Part shown: positions 51,534-61,921 of the stretch, piece by piece
Position numbering within the stretch: the stretch's first letter is position 1
Layout: every line of letters starts with the position of its first letter
Source: an uncultured Armatimonadia bacterium
GTDB lineage: Bacteria > Armatimonadota > Zipacnadia > CAVVLO01
Length of the DNA stretch: 64,000 nucleotides
NCBI GenBank assembly: GCA_963749155.1
Contig: CAVVLO010000001.1
Coordinates: forward strand, 64,001 to 128,000
Direction of reading: 5' to 3'
Program-made: the position numbers and the translations under genes
Notes under the pieces: generated by a model
Database searches by the model: none
The model's input: only the letters and a program-made list of their open reading frames with translations
What the model was told of the DNA's origin: nothing

Positions 51534-54500
51534 ATGACTGCCCAAAGGGTCCATTTCACGCTCAGTTTTATCTTCTGCCTGAGCTGTCTGCTTGGTTTCC
51601 TCGTGCCGACTTCAGCGGCAACCAAGATCGGCGTGTTCCCCTTGCGCACCGCTGCGGGCCTGGAGAGCGAGCTGGCTACTGATCTGGTGCTCACCAGTCT
51701 GACGGATGGACTTTTGCGAAATCTGCAGGAAGCGGGGCTTGGAGAGATAGTCCTGCTGCCCTGGCCAGAGGCTTTGGTTGCGGGGGATCTGCCCACCTTT
51801 GAAACCCTGGTTGGCCGCGGCAAAGTGGCTGGTTGTAACGGCGTACTGGCGCTGCAGGTCACCGCCTTGAGCTTCTCCATGAAAGAGATAAAGCTTCCTC
51901 TGGTTGGCACTGTCAAAAGCGCAGAAGCCAAGGTCAAGCTTCTAGGCGGCCTGGTAGATGTGAGTTCCGCCCTGGCTGTCGGACCTGTGGACGTGACGGG
52001 ACAGAACAGCTCTAAAAACTATAAGGGCCCAGCGCCTGCCGCTTTGGCTCAAGATCCGGAGAAACTGGCGGATTCCCCTCTTGGCAAGGCTAGCGAAGAG
52101 GTACTGAGCCAGGTCGTGGCCGCGGTGAAGACAGGGGTTCCGCAGTTATCCACTCAGGCGGTCGCTTTGCCCCAGCGGGCAAGCAGCCCCCAGGGGGCAG
52201 GCTTCAGCCAGGACAGTTATTCCATGGAAATAACGATGGGCTATGACCAGCGCAGCACGGTGGCAGTAGTCAACCGGGGTGCTGTGGCCGAGACTTTCCT
52301 GATCAAACCGCTGGAGCAGGCAACCGGGCTTATGGTCGGCCTGGTGGGCCAGGGTTCTGTTGATGGGCCTTTCACACTGGCGCCTGGTCAATGGAAGTAC
52401 ACCAGGCTTGAAGTGCATTGCTTCGAACAACCAGAAGCCCAGATTATACCGGTGCGCCTGGGCCTTTATAGCGCTGCCGCCGGAGCGGCGCCTAACCAGG
52501 CAGGTCCCCCCCAGGATGAGGCGGTTGTGAACCTGACCCTGGCTGACGATGACCAACCCTCCTCGACGAAGTTGCTGGTAGTAGGACAAGATCCTGTGAC
52601 ACTGGTCTACACCTGCTCGATTGTAAACTCGGGCAGCGAGCCAGCAAGTCTGGGGCTTTCGGTGGCGCCGGAGCAAGAACGGCTCTTTACTACCGTGCCG
52701 GCGCTAGGCGAGATGTTCGTTGTGCCGCCTCAGAGCTCTCTCACCTTCCATGTGTTCCCCCACTTCCCAGAGGGCATAAGGCAAATGGACGTTGCCCTGG
52801 GCTTCCCCCAGCAGCAAGGTTGGGTGGCTGCGGGATTGCATGCTACCGGCGGCGCAGATACTCTCAGACTGCATTTCGAAGTGCCGGCAGGTAAATATAT
52901 CTACACGGCCCTGTCGACCACCTCCCAGGATTTTGGTGGGGCCGGAAGTGGCTGCACCAACCAGGGAACGCTCACCCTGGCTGGTAATAGCAACAAGGGT
53001 TCAAACTCCCAAAAAGGGGATAATAAAACCAAAAAGAAGGATTCCACCTGGCAAGACTGGGTGAAAGACCACCTCGGCCTTGATATGTCCACCTGGGGCG
53101 AGGATGACACAACTACCACTACTACTACCACCACCAGGCCCAAGGGTAAAGATGGCTGTCCCCCTGGTTGGAGCAAGAACGAGGATAGTGGTAAATGTCA
53201 GCCTCCCAGTTTTGGTTCTCCTGGGAATAGCAGTCTGCGCGGCGCCATCGTCAGGCCAGCAGTGAGCGCGCGCCTGCCCGGCCTCGACAGCGACACCAGT
53301 ACCCAGCCTGCTCTGATAATCGGCAAGCGCAAACGTGCGGCAGTTTTCCACACTCCCGCAGTCGATGACAAAGTTGGCGTATTCATTGGGATTAGTGCCG
53401 ACCAACCGAACGGTACTCCCCAGTTTTTGATGCTTAATGAAGGCGGGCATACTGCCCGATGGCCGGCAGCCTGGGCGGAATACACGACCGCAAAGGCCTA
53501 TGTCGTGTGGGAGGACTCTACAACTGGCGGCACCGATGTGGCTTTTCGCACCAGCACTGACAAAATGGCAAGCTGGCGTCCTGTGGTCTATCTGACCCAG
53601 CATGGCACAGGGGTTATGGACCCGGTGGTGCGCACTGCTGCCAATAACCTGGTAATGGTCGCCTGGCAGGATCTCGCGCGCTGGCGAGTCGGTCTCGCGC
53701 ATCTACACCCGGACCAGCCGGGACGGCGGGGCAACCTTCGCCGCCGAAGTGCCTTTGCCTCAGGCCGAGGGCGAGCAGCAGTCCTGGCCGCAACTGGATT
53801 CTACCGCGGATGGCCACTTCGCACTGGTGTATGTCTCGAAAGCCGGTGGTCAGACCCGCATCCTGAGCAGGCTGCTGGACGCCGATGGCAAGCCAGTGGA
53901 TGAGCCTGTTGCGCTCTCAAATCCTGGTATGGGCTGCGGTGAACCGAAGATTGTCTGTGATGGTGAGGGAGGGCGGCATTCGGCGTGGCGAGAGGGCGAG
54001 GGCAGTGCCAGTGAGATCTGGTTTGCCTCGAGTCCAACCTCGGGCGCGCCGTGGTCCGCGCCTCGGCAGATAACCCAGGATCAGGCCTATTCGGAATATC
54101 CGGCGATTGGTCTGGGGGGCGATGGCCTGTGGATCCGCTACCACAGCGATAGCTCCGGGGTGGCCGATATGGCCTATGTAGTGACAAGCGCGGATGGGGG
54201 CGCTACCTGGGGCGAGGCAGTAATGCTGCCTACTCACCAAAGCGCCATCGAGCGCGCCTGGGTCGAGGTCAACTTCGCCCTGCAATGGCCGGACCAGGTC
54301 TATGCGCCCCACGATACCCAGATCCTTGTAAATGGCGTCGAGGTTGGCAATATCACAGGCCGGGTGCCGCAGGGCACCTTTGTCTTCGATGTGCCGCCTG
54401 AGCTGATCATCGAAAATCCCGAAACAGGCCTGGACAGCAATGTGATAATGACGCAGCCCACCAATCTCAACGGCGCCCACTACATCAGAGCCGCCAACGC

Positions 54501-55215
54501 TCGTCTTGTCGTAAAGCGCCGGTCTACCCAGGTGCAAGTCGTAGCTGGCAGCCAGGCCGAGGCCGACCAACTGGCGAAAACCGCCGGGGTCGACCTCAAC
54601 CATGACAAGCCTGATTTGGCGCTCGCGGCCAACTTGATGGCGCCAGTGCCGACGGAATTGAAGCCAGGCGCCACCCTGGCTCTTGCGCTTCAGGTATTCA
54701 ATATCGGCGAGGCGGCAGCTACAGAGGGGAAGGTCGCCCTCTATGCAGCCGACCCGCGGATCCCATCAACCAATCTGAAAGAGGCAAAACTGGCTGAGCA
54801 AGCGGTCGGTAGTGTGGCCCCAGGGCAGGTGGTCCCCGCCAACCTGAGTTTCAAGTTCGATCCGAAGCGGGGCGGGCGCGTATGGGTAGCGGTGCAGGCG
54901 AAGGAAGCCGATTTCAATCCGACCGACAATTGCTGGATACTGAGCTTCACTCAGGGCGAGTCAGATACCCCAACTCCACTGCTGGGTACAGATGTGCCCA
55001 ATGTGTTCCAGGCGCCTGGCCTGATGGGGATGGTTCAACTGCCGAACGTGCCAGCCCTGACCAACCTTGTCTCTCTGCCCAATTTCGGGAACCTGGTCAG
55101 CATCCCAGGCCTCCAGGCGCCAGACCTTGGCAGCATCGGAGACGTGCTTAACTCCCAGATTGGAGTGCCGGGAATTAATCTGCCGGACCTTGGGAATATC
55201 CTGAACCTGCCCTGA
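51534..55215 (+). CDS. large secreted mosaic protein (CsgG/TolB-N-like, Ig-like, Asp-box propeller, CARDB), +1 frameshift at ~53673
   Basis: Signal peptide, Thr9 tract. Asp boxes TSRDGGATF (across the join) and TSADGGATW. PDLAL...VFNIG...DFNPTDN CARDB-like segment. Confidence 0.7.
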
Positions 55216-55242
55216 GCCTGGGCAGACACTCACTTCAATAAG

Positions 55243-55271
55243 AGCGCCGGCTCCAGCCAGAGCCGGCGCTT
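55243..55271 (+). terminator. hairpin after 51534..55215
   Basis: AGCGCCGGCTC-CAGCCA-GAGCCGGCGCT. Confidence 0.6.
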
Positions 55272-55335
55272 GCTGGCTGGTGTTTTACTTGCGCCCCAGC
55301 CGGCCTCCCCAAGTAATTCAACAGCAACCACCAGA

Positions 55336-55373
55336 AGGAAGTAACGCAACCCTCACCCCTCCAACTGACCAGC
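55336..55373. repeat. direct repeat copy 2
   Basis: AGGAAGTAACGCA-ACCCTCACCCCTCCAACTGACCAGC versus AGGAAATAACGCAC-ACCC... at copy 1. Confidence 0.9.
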
Positions 55374-55425
55374 CAGGGCTAGACCCGGCCGGCGAGGAGG
55401 GGAGTCTTGCGTAGGAAGGGGCTGA

Positions 55426-55789
55426 CTACTCGAGTTGGGGCCACCCCTTGTTGTCGCCACCGATGTGGAGCACCCCGTACAATACGGGGATGCTCAGGAA
55501 GATCGAATACGGCGAAGAATCCCAGTCCCGCGTAGAAGTTAATCACGAACGACACTACTGTCTCGGCGCAGTCGAGCCAGAAGCCCCACTTCTTCCAGTG
55601 CCAGAGGGCCAGCGCAACGACTACGTTGACGGGAAACATGCCAATCGACAGCCAAAGTGTCCAGGCCGGCAAATCGGACAGCACGTTTTTCGCGCCAAGG
55701 AGGTAGAGAGGAACCATAGCGACGCTAACGACAATCATCGTGATAAGCCAGGCGGCAAGACAGCCATGTCTTGACTTCTCTTCAGGCAT
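55426..55789 (-). CDS. small membrane protein, frameshift at ~55503
   Basis: RHGCLAAWL...WKKWGF. The alternate frame gives the expected LYGVLHIGGDNKGWPQLE* ending. Confidence 0.7.
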
Positions 55790-55828
55790 GACGACCACCC
55801 CAGGCCTATACTTCGCTATACGCTCCCC

Positions 55829-56626
55829 CTACCCCTTCCAAAACGCTCGCATTATGCGCAGGTAGTGGTCGGCATAGGTTTCGGGGGAGAGGTGCGGGTA
55901 GAGGGCGGGCATTGCGACGATTGGGCCCTTGTAATTCGCCTTCTTCAGCGCGCGGAAGACCTCGAGCCAGGGCACTCCCTGCCTGTCCTCGGGCAGAGCA
56001 AGCGACCAGTCACGGCCTCCGAGCGTCAGCTTCGGGGAGGGATGGCCCGCCAGCCAGGGCTTGTGGTTCTGCACCGACACGCACATCACCCAGGGCAGCA
56101 GCTCCGCGAGCGCTTTGGGGGTCTCCTCGGGCGCTATTCCCGCGAAAAGCAGGTGAGAGGGCTCGAAGGCCAGGCCGAAGTTGGTGTGAGCGATGGCCTC
56201 GAGCGTGGCTTTCGCGCTCGCAGTGTCCGCAAGGAGAGTCCCCTCGTGAAGCTGGGCGAAGACTTTCACGTCCTCTGCCGCCGCGAATCGGGCAAGCGCC
56301 TTCAGCCCCGCGATATGGTCGAGGCTCGTGACGGCGGTCCGGATGCCATAAGCGCCAAGTTGATGGGCATATTTCACGGCCGTCTGGGCAAGCTCCAGCG
56401 TGGCCTCATCGACTGGCTCGGGGGCGCCGAGGAAGGCGCACTCGAGGCGATATTTCTTGAGCGCCTGGGCCACGTGGGTAACTTCGGCGGGGCTGGAGGA
56501 GGCGGAGAGATGGCCTCCCCGGAGCTCTACCCCCTCGTAGCCTAGCTCCGAAGCGACCTTGAGGAAGTGCTCCAGCGGGGCGATCTTGCCCCCGTGTTCG
56601 AACATCCGACCGGAAAGAGACAGCAT
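55829..56626 (-). CDS. sugar phosphate isomerase/epimerase (AP endonuclease 2 TIM barrel)
   Basis: LGYEGVEL, LH, FEPSH, G.VPW..VF.AL...Y.G. Confidence 0.85.
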   Translation of the reverse strand: MLSLSGRMFEHGGKIAPLEHFLKVASELGYEGVELRGGHLSASSSPAEVTHVAQALKKYRLECAFLGAPEPVDEATLELAQTAVKYAHQLGAYGIRTAVTSLDHIAGLKALARFAAAEDVKVFAQLHEGTLLADTASAKATLEAIAHTNFGLAFEPSHLLFAGIAPEETPKALAELLPWVMCVSVQNHKPWLAGHPSPKLTLGGRDWSLALPEDRQGVPWLEVFRALKKANYKGPIVAMPALYPHLSPETYADHYLRIMRAFWKG

Positions 56627-56740
56627 CCTGCTCGCCCCCAAAGTTTGCGCTTGCCTTTCTCGATGTTATCATAACCCCTGCCGACACCGGCATTTCATAG
56701 CAACCATCGAAGCCTTTACGCAGCAGAGGACGAAGCAAAA

Positions 56741-57738
56741 ATGGCAGACCGTGACACTAAGGCGGCTAGCGCCCGGAGGCGCAAGCCCAGGTAGTCAGCC
56801 CTCGCAACAAGCTGAACGAACTTACCAACCGTGAGTGGCTGCGCCGCACCAAGAGCGTCTGGTACTCGGGCCAGGGAGAAGGCCCCGAGGCGGCAAAAGC
56901 TGCCGAGTTGGCGCGCAAGTTCTCCCGCTGGGTAGCTGAAGAAGAAGGCTATGAGGCCGCCGATGAGCTGATGGGGCAGGCCTTCCCCAGCGTTATGGTC
57001 AGTGTTGCTCCGCCCCGCGATGCCCTCAAGGTAAAACATCCCGCGACTTTCTCGGAAGTAGATATCGCGCGCCTCATTACTTTTTTCACCAAACGCGGCC
57101 AGACCGTGCTGGATCCTTTCTGTGGGTCAGGTTCGGCGGGCGTGGCGGCTCTCGAAGAAGGGCGGCGCTTCGTGGGAGTAGAGCTGATCCCCGAATGGCA
57201 CGAACTCGCTTGCGCGCGCCTCTCGGAGCAGACCGGCGGGCGCAAATCGGCGCGCTGGGCGATGCTGCTGGGTGACGCCCGGAAGCAACTTGCGGTGCTG
57301 GAGCCCGAATCGGTAGATTTCGTCGTGACCAGTCCCCCGTACTGGAACATCCTGAGGAAGCAGGGCATCAAGGCCAGGGCAGAACGCCAGGAGCGCGGTC
57401 TTGCTACCCAGTACAGCGAGGATGACCAGGACCTCGGCAACTGCGCGGATTACGGCGAGTTCCTCTCCCGCGTCGCCGACATCCTGGAGCTTTCGGCCAG
57501 AGCCCTCAAAGCGGGCCGGTATATGGCTGTGATAGTAAGTGATTTCCGCGAGAAATCGCGTTTCGTTTTGTTCCACAGCGATCTTGCAGCTTGCCTGGAG
57601 GAGCGTGAGCTACTGCTTCAGGGCGTCACCGTGCTGGTACAGGACAGCAAGGGGCTTTATCCTTACGGCGTGCCCAACGCCTTTGTGCCCAACGTGCACC
57701 ACCAATATGTGCTGATACTGCGTAAACCAGCCCGGTGA
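56741..57738 (+). CDS. N4/N6 DNA methyltransferase (SPPY), apparent -1 frameshift at ~56787
   Basis: HPATF, VLDPFCGSG, VTSPPYW. Upstream in-frame RNKLNELTNREWL segment lacks a start unless joined to ATG 56741. Confidence 0.85.
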
Positions 57739-57791
57739 CGTCTTGCCGCAGCTTCCTGCCAGCGTTACACTGACTGGCAGGAGGCGACAAT

Positions 57792-58133
57792 ATGGACTGT
57801 ATCTTCTGCAAGATCATAGCAGGGGAGATCCCCTCTGACCGCATCTATGAAGACGAGGTGTGCGTAGCGTTCAGGGATATCAATCCCCAGGCGCCTGTGC
57901 ACGTGCTTGTCATCCCCAAAGCTCACCTCGGCAATCTGGCGTCCCTGACCGAATCCGAGGCTGAACTTACAGGCAAGTTGCTGCTTGCCTCGGCCAAAGT
58001 CGCCAGGCAGGAAGGCTTGCTGCCAGGGGGCTATCGGGTGGTCGCCAATGTCGGCCAGGATGCTGGAGAATCGGTGCCCCATCTCCACTGGCACGTGCTG
58101 GGAGGCCGCCCTCTGGCCTGGCCGCCTGGCTAG
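57792..58133 (+). CDS. hinT: histidine triad nucleotide-binding protein
   Basis: CIFCKI, FRDINPQAPVH, HLHWH. Confidence 0.95.
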   Translation: MDCIFCKIIAGEIPSDRIYEDEVCVAFRDINPQAPVHVLVIPKAHLGNLASLTESEAELTGKLLLASAKVARQEGLLPGGYRVVANVGQDAGESVPHLHWHVLGGRPLAWPPG

Positions 58134-58158
58134 ATTGATTGCCAGGAAAGGGCTTCCT

Positions 58159-58187
58159 TTGACCGCGGGTTGCGAGCGTCGTATAAT
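58159..58187 (+). promoter_or_regulatory. sigma70 promoter
   Basis: TTGACC-17bp-TATAAT. Confidence 0.85.
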
Positions 58188-58330
58188 CCGGTTAGCGGGG
58201 GCTTAAGATTGGTACGCCAGCTTGAGCCAAACTGGGTAAGATATGCCTCCCCGGCGCTAGTTTTTAGGGCAAGGACGGCGGGAAAGCTGGGCCTTTGAGT
58301 CCACGGCTTTCCCGTTTCGGCTTTTATAGG

Positions 58331-59314
58331 ATGGAACAGACAACTCAACTCAAGCTGCCGGTCGCGAGTTCCTGGCGACTGCAAGAACTTGCAACTGGCT
58401 ACCGGTATGCCCTGGAGCTCATCGCCGAGCAGGAAGGCGTGAAAATCCAGTTCGGGCGAGAGGGCTTGCTTGTCTCAGGCGACGCGCTGCGCCTTGAGAC
58501 GGTCCGGCCAAGGCTGGAGGAGTTCATCAGCGCAATCGAGACCGGCAAAGAGTTTTCTCCAGCCGAGTTCGAGACCTGGCTTCGCAGGCCAAGAGAAGGG
58601 CAGGCAGAAGAGCTTGGGACAGAGCGCCTCGTTGCTGTCATTACCCACAAGGGAGAGGTTATCCGCGCCCGCACGCCTGGCCAGGAAACCTATCTTCAAG
58701 CTATCCAGAGCAAAGATATTGTCTTTGCAATAGGACCGGCGGGCACCGGCAAGACCTACCTGGCTATTGCCTGCGCGGTGGCAGCGGTCAAACGGCACGA
58801 AGTCGAAAGGCTGGTCCTGACAAGGCCCGCTGTCGAGGCCGGCGAGAAGCTCGGTTTCCTGCCTGGCGACCTGGCCGAGAAGCTGGATCCGTATCTCCGG
58901 CCCGTCTATGACGCCCTTTACGATACGCTGGGCACCGAGCGCACCGCCAAAATGAAAGAGCTGGGCCAGCTTGAAGTGGCTCCGCTGGCCTATATGCGCG
59001 GTCGGACATTGAACAACGCCTTTATCGTGCTGGACGAAGCCCAGAACACTACCCCCGCTCAGATGAAGATGTTTCTCACCCGCCTTGGACGCGGTTCGAA
59101 GGCGCTGATTACGGGCGATATTACTCAGATTGATCTGGAGAAAGGCGCCCAGTCGGGGATGCTGCACGCGATGAAATTGCTGAAGGCTGTTTCGGGGATT
59201 GGCTTCGTGCAACTGACTGGCGCCGACATCGTGCGTCACCGACTCGTCGCAGAGATTGTTGATGCCTACGCCAAAGAACAAGACGTTGAGAGCAAAGAAG
59301 AGGTTGACTACTGA
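58331..59314 (+). CDS. phoH: PhoH family ATPase
   Basis: GPAGTGKT, RPAVEAGEKLGFLPG, YMRGRT, LDEAQN. Confidence 0.95.
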   Translation: MEQTTQLKLPVASSWRLQELATGYRYALELIAEQEGVKIQFGREGLLVSGDALRLETVRPRLEEFISAIETGKEFSPAEFETWLRRPREGQAEELGTERLVAVITHKGEVIRARTPGQETYLQAIQSKDIVFAIGPAGTGKTYLAIACAVAAVKRHEVERLVLTRPAVEAGEKLGFLPGDLAEKLDPYLRPVYDALYDTLGTERTAKMKELGQLEVAPLAYMRGRTLNNAFIVLDEAQNTTPAQMKMFLTRLGRGSKALITGDITQIDLEKGAQSGMLHAMKLLKAVSGIGFVQLTGADIVRHRLVAEIVDAYAKEQDVESKEEVDY

Positions 59315-61485
59315 TGAGGCTGGCAAAACGAAGGTTCAATGCCTTACGACAGTGGATGGGCAGGCCTTCAAACAAAGTTGCGCTGCCCTTGCTAGGCATC
59401 GTCACTACCCTGGCTCTTGGGATGCTGCTATCTCTTGGCCTGGCGATAGAGCCTTATGATTACGGGGTTGGCGAAGTAGTGCCAACGACCATACTGGCGC
59501 CGAAGACTCTTTATTATGTGGATAATCAGGCCACGGAACAACTGCGAGCTGAAGTAGCCGCCAGCGAGCCGAAAGCTTACAACAACCGCCCCGAGGCTCA
59601 ACAGGAAGCAGTAGAAGCAGTCCAGCAGGTGCAGCAGCAACTGGCTAACGCCAACACCGATGAGACCTTGAAGGAACTGCCTGTTGACCAGAGATTGCAG
59701 CACATTGCCCGGTCGGTGCCTGGCGAACTAGCTCCCAGGCAAGTGGCCACTTTGCTGGCACTTCCTCCTGATGAACTGAAAGAAGCCTTCTCGATTGCCC
59801 TTAAGCTGGTCGTAGACCAGATGGATAATCCAATTACCTCGGATGGTAATGGACTCAACCTGGCCCGGGAAGCTTTCCTTCAACAGCTAAAAGAGCAAGG
59901 GCTCGAAATCGAAGTGGCAGAGGCGCTCGGGGTGGCGCTGGTACAAGCCTTGAGACCCAACAGTATCCTCGACTCGCGCGAGACGGAACTGCGCCAGAGC
60001 TCTGCTGCTGCCAGCGTGGAACCAGTCAAGCGCCGCATCAACGCTGGTGACCTGATTGTACGTTCAGGGCAGGAGGTAACCTCCGCCATCCAGGATAGAC
60101 TCGCTGCAGTAAACGAGGCGCTACGAACCCCTGACTACTCGCGTATGTTCGCTTATTTTCTTCTGGCGGGCGCCATTGTGGCGCTGCTTGCGGGTATCTT
60201 GTACCGCTACAACGATTTTGTATTCGATTCGCTTAGGCCGCCTTTGCTGCTGGCTTCGCTATTGGTAATCGTCATAGCCTTTATTAAATCCCAGGTTTTT
60301 AGCGGACTGGCGCCAGCCCGAGGCGCGGTTAGTCTGGAGCATCTCAACCTGCTTGCAGGGCTCCTGCTGGTCGAAGGCGCCGTAATGATGACGGCTATAC
60401 TCATCAAGGGCCGCGTTGCAGTGCAGCTTGCCTGGGCACTTTCCATACTGGCAGCGGTTGCGTATGACTCCAACTTCGTCATCGGAGTCTCTTGCCTGCT
60501 AACCAGCATCTTCGGAGTCATCGTAGCAACCAATATGTCGCGCCGGATCGAGTTGCTTGCCAAGAGCTGGCTCTTTATGGGCGTCGCCAATGTAATGGCT
60601 ATCCTGGTATTTGAGCAGCTTGCCAAGGGGATGATAACTCCAGGGCTGTGGAGGGTCGCTTTCATCGGAGGAGGCGCGGTTGGCCTGATGGCTTCGATGA
60701 TTACCGTTGGTGGCACTCTGCTGCTGGAGAGCGCTCTGGATGCGCTTACTCCCTTCCGGCTGACCGAACTGGCCGGGGCAGATCACCCTCTGCTGCACGA
60801 ACTGGCGATGAAGGCGCCCGGCACCTACCAGTCCTGCATCCGGGTCAGTACGCTGGCCCAGGCCGCAGCTGAAGCCATAGGAGTCAACTCTCAACTTGCC
60901 AAGGTAGGCGCGCTGTATCACGACATCGGCAAGTTGTCGCGACCTTATTGCTTCATCGAGAACCAGGGGGGCGGCGAGAATCCTCATGAACGGCTTTCGC
61001 CCGAGCTTTCCAAACGGATTATTATGAACCATGTCAAGCATGGCCTCGAGCTTGGCCAGAAGCAACGGTTGCCGCGCCAGGTACTGGACATAATTGGCGA
61101 AAGCCATGGCACTACTCTGATACGGTTCTTCTACGTAAAGGCCGTTCAGGAATTCGGCTCCGATCAGGTGAAAGAAAGCGATTATCGTTATCCAGGTCCC
61201 AAGCCCCACCTGAAAGAGTCGGGCCTGGTAATGCTGGCTGACAATATAGAGAGTCGCGTCACCGCAGCCGGCGGTCCAGGTCCAGCTCAGGTCGAGGAGA
61301 TAATCCATAAAGCCACTGACGAGTTGATTGCTGATGGGCAATTTTCCGAGTGCGACCTTACTCTTGGCGACATCGCGGCCGCGCATACGGCTTTCAGGCG
61401 CGTGCTTCAGGGTATCTTGCATCACAGGATAGAATATCCCGAACTTGCCAGCGTGGGGCTGACGAATGGAGACAACAGTAAGTAA
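59314..61485 (+). CDS. 7TM-HD phosphohydrolase (PgpH/YqfF-like c-di-AMP phosphodiesterase)
   Basis: Extracellular 7TM-HD domain, 7 TMs, APGTY, YHDIGK, FIENQ, MLAD. Confidence 0.9.
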   Translation: MRLAKRRFNALRQWMGRPSNKVALPLLGIVTTLALGMLLSLGLAIEPYDYGVGEVVPTTILAPKTLYYVDNQATEQLRAEVAASEPKAYNNRPEAQQEAVEAVQQVQQQLANANTDETLKELPVDQRLQHIARSVPGELAPRQVATLLALPPDELKEAFSIALKLVVDQMDNPITSDGNGLNLAREAFLQQLKEQGLEIEVAEALGVALVQALRPNSILDSRETELRQSSAAASVEPVKRRINAGDLIVRSGQEVTSAIQDRLAAVNEALRTPDYSRMFAYFLLAGAIVALLAGILYRYNDFVFDSLRPPLLLASLLVIVIAFIKSQVFSGLAPARGAVSLEHLNLLAGLLLVEGAVMMTAILIKGRVAVQLAWALSILAAVAYDSNFVIGVSCLLTSIFGVIVATNMSRRIELLAKSWLFMGVANVMAILVFEQLAKGMITPGLWRVAFIGGGAVGLMASMITVGGTLLLESALDALTPFRLTELAGADHPLLHELAMKAPGTYQSCIRVSTLAQAAAEAIGVNSQLAKVGALYHDIGKLSRPYCFIENQGGGENPHERLSPELSKRIIMNHVKHGLELGQKQRLPRQVLDIIGESHGTTLIRFFYVKAVQEFGSDQVKESDYRYPGPKPHLKESGLVMLADNIESRVTAAGGPGPAQVEEIIHKATDELIADGQFSECDLTLGDIAAAHTAFRRVLQGILHHRIEYPELASVGLTNGDNSK

Positions 61486-61921
61486 CCGCGCCGGCGAGGC
61501 CGACTGGCCTCAGCGCCTTGCCTCGCTCGCAAATCGCTTGGGCGAGGCGCTGGCCCTGCCTGCCGATTGTGAACTCTCGGTGCTGCTGGTTGATGATACC
61601 GAGATAACTCGCGCCAATGAGCAGTATCTGGGCCATACAGGGCCGACCGATGTCATCTCCTTTCCTCAGGATGGCGAGGAATCAGGCCAACTGGACAGGG
61701 AGGAACCTTGCCTGCTCGGCGATATAATGATTTCGATAGACACGGCCAGGCGTCAGGCAGAGGAACGAGGCCACTCAACCTGGGATGAGGTGGCTTTTCT
61801 GCTCGTGCATGGCGTGCTTCACTTGTTGGGCCGACGCGATTATAATGAACACGAACGCCAGGAGATGCTTGCCGAGCAATTGACACTATCAAACCGGCTA
61901 GGCATCCAGGTCACCGGATGA
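61466..61921 (+). CDS. ybeY: rRNA maturation endoribonuclease YbeY
   Basis: PTDVISF, LGDI, HGVLHLLG. Confidence 0.92.
   Translation: METTVSNRAGEADWPQRLASLANRLGEALALPADCELSVLLVDDTEITRANEQYLGHTGPTDVISFPQDGEESGQLDREEPCLLGDIMISIDTARRQAEERGHSTWDEVAFLLVHGVLHLLGRRDYNEHERQEMLAEQLTLSNRLGIQVTG

Noticed and set aside
56741..58133. Restriction-modification or other defence island
   Set aside because: No nuclease or other defence gene is adjacent. The neighbours are housekeeping genes.
58134..58330. rpsU, tRNA or SRP RNA in the hinT-phoH gap
   Set aside because: No S21-like ORF, tRNA T-loop/cloverleaf or SRP domain IV motif was seen.
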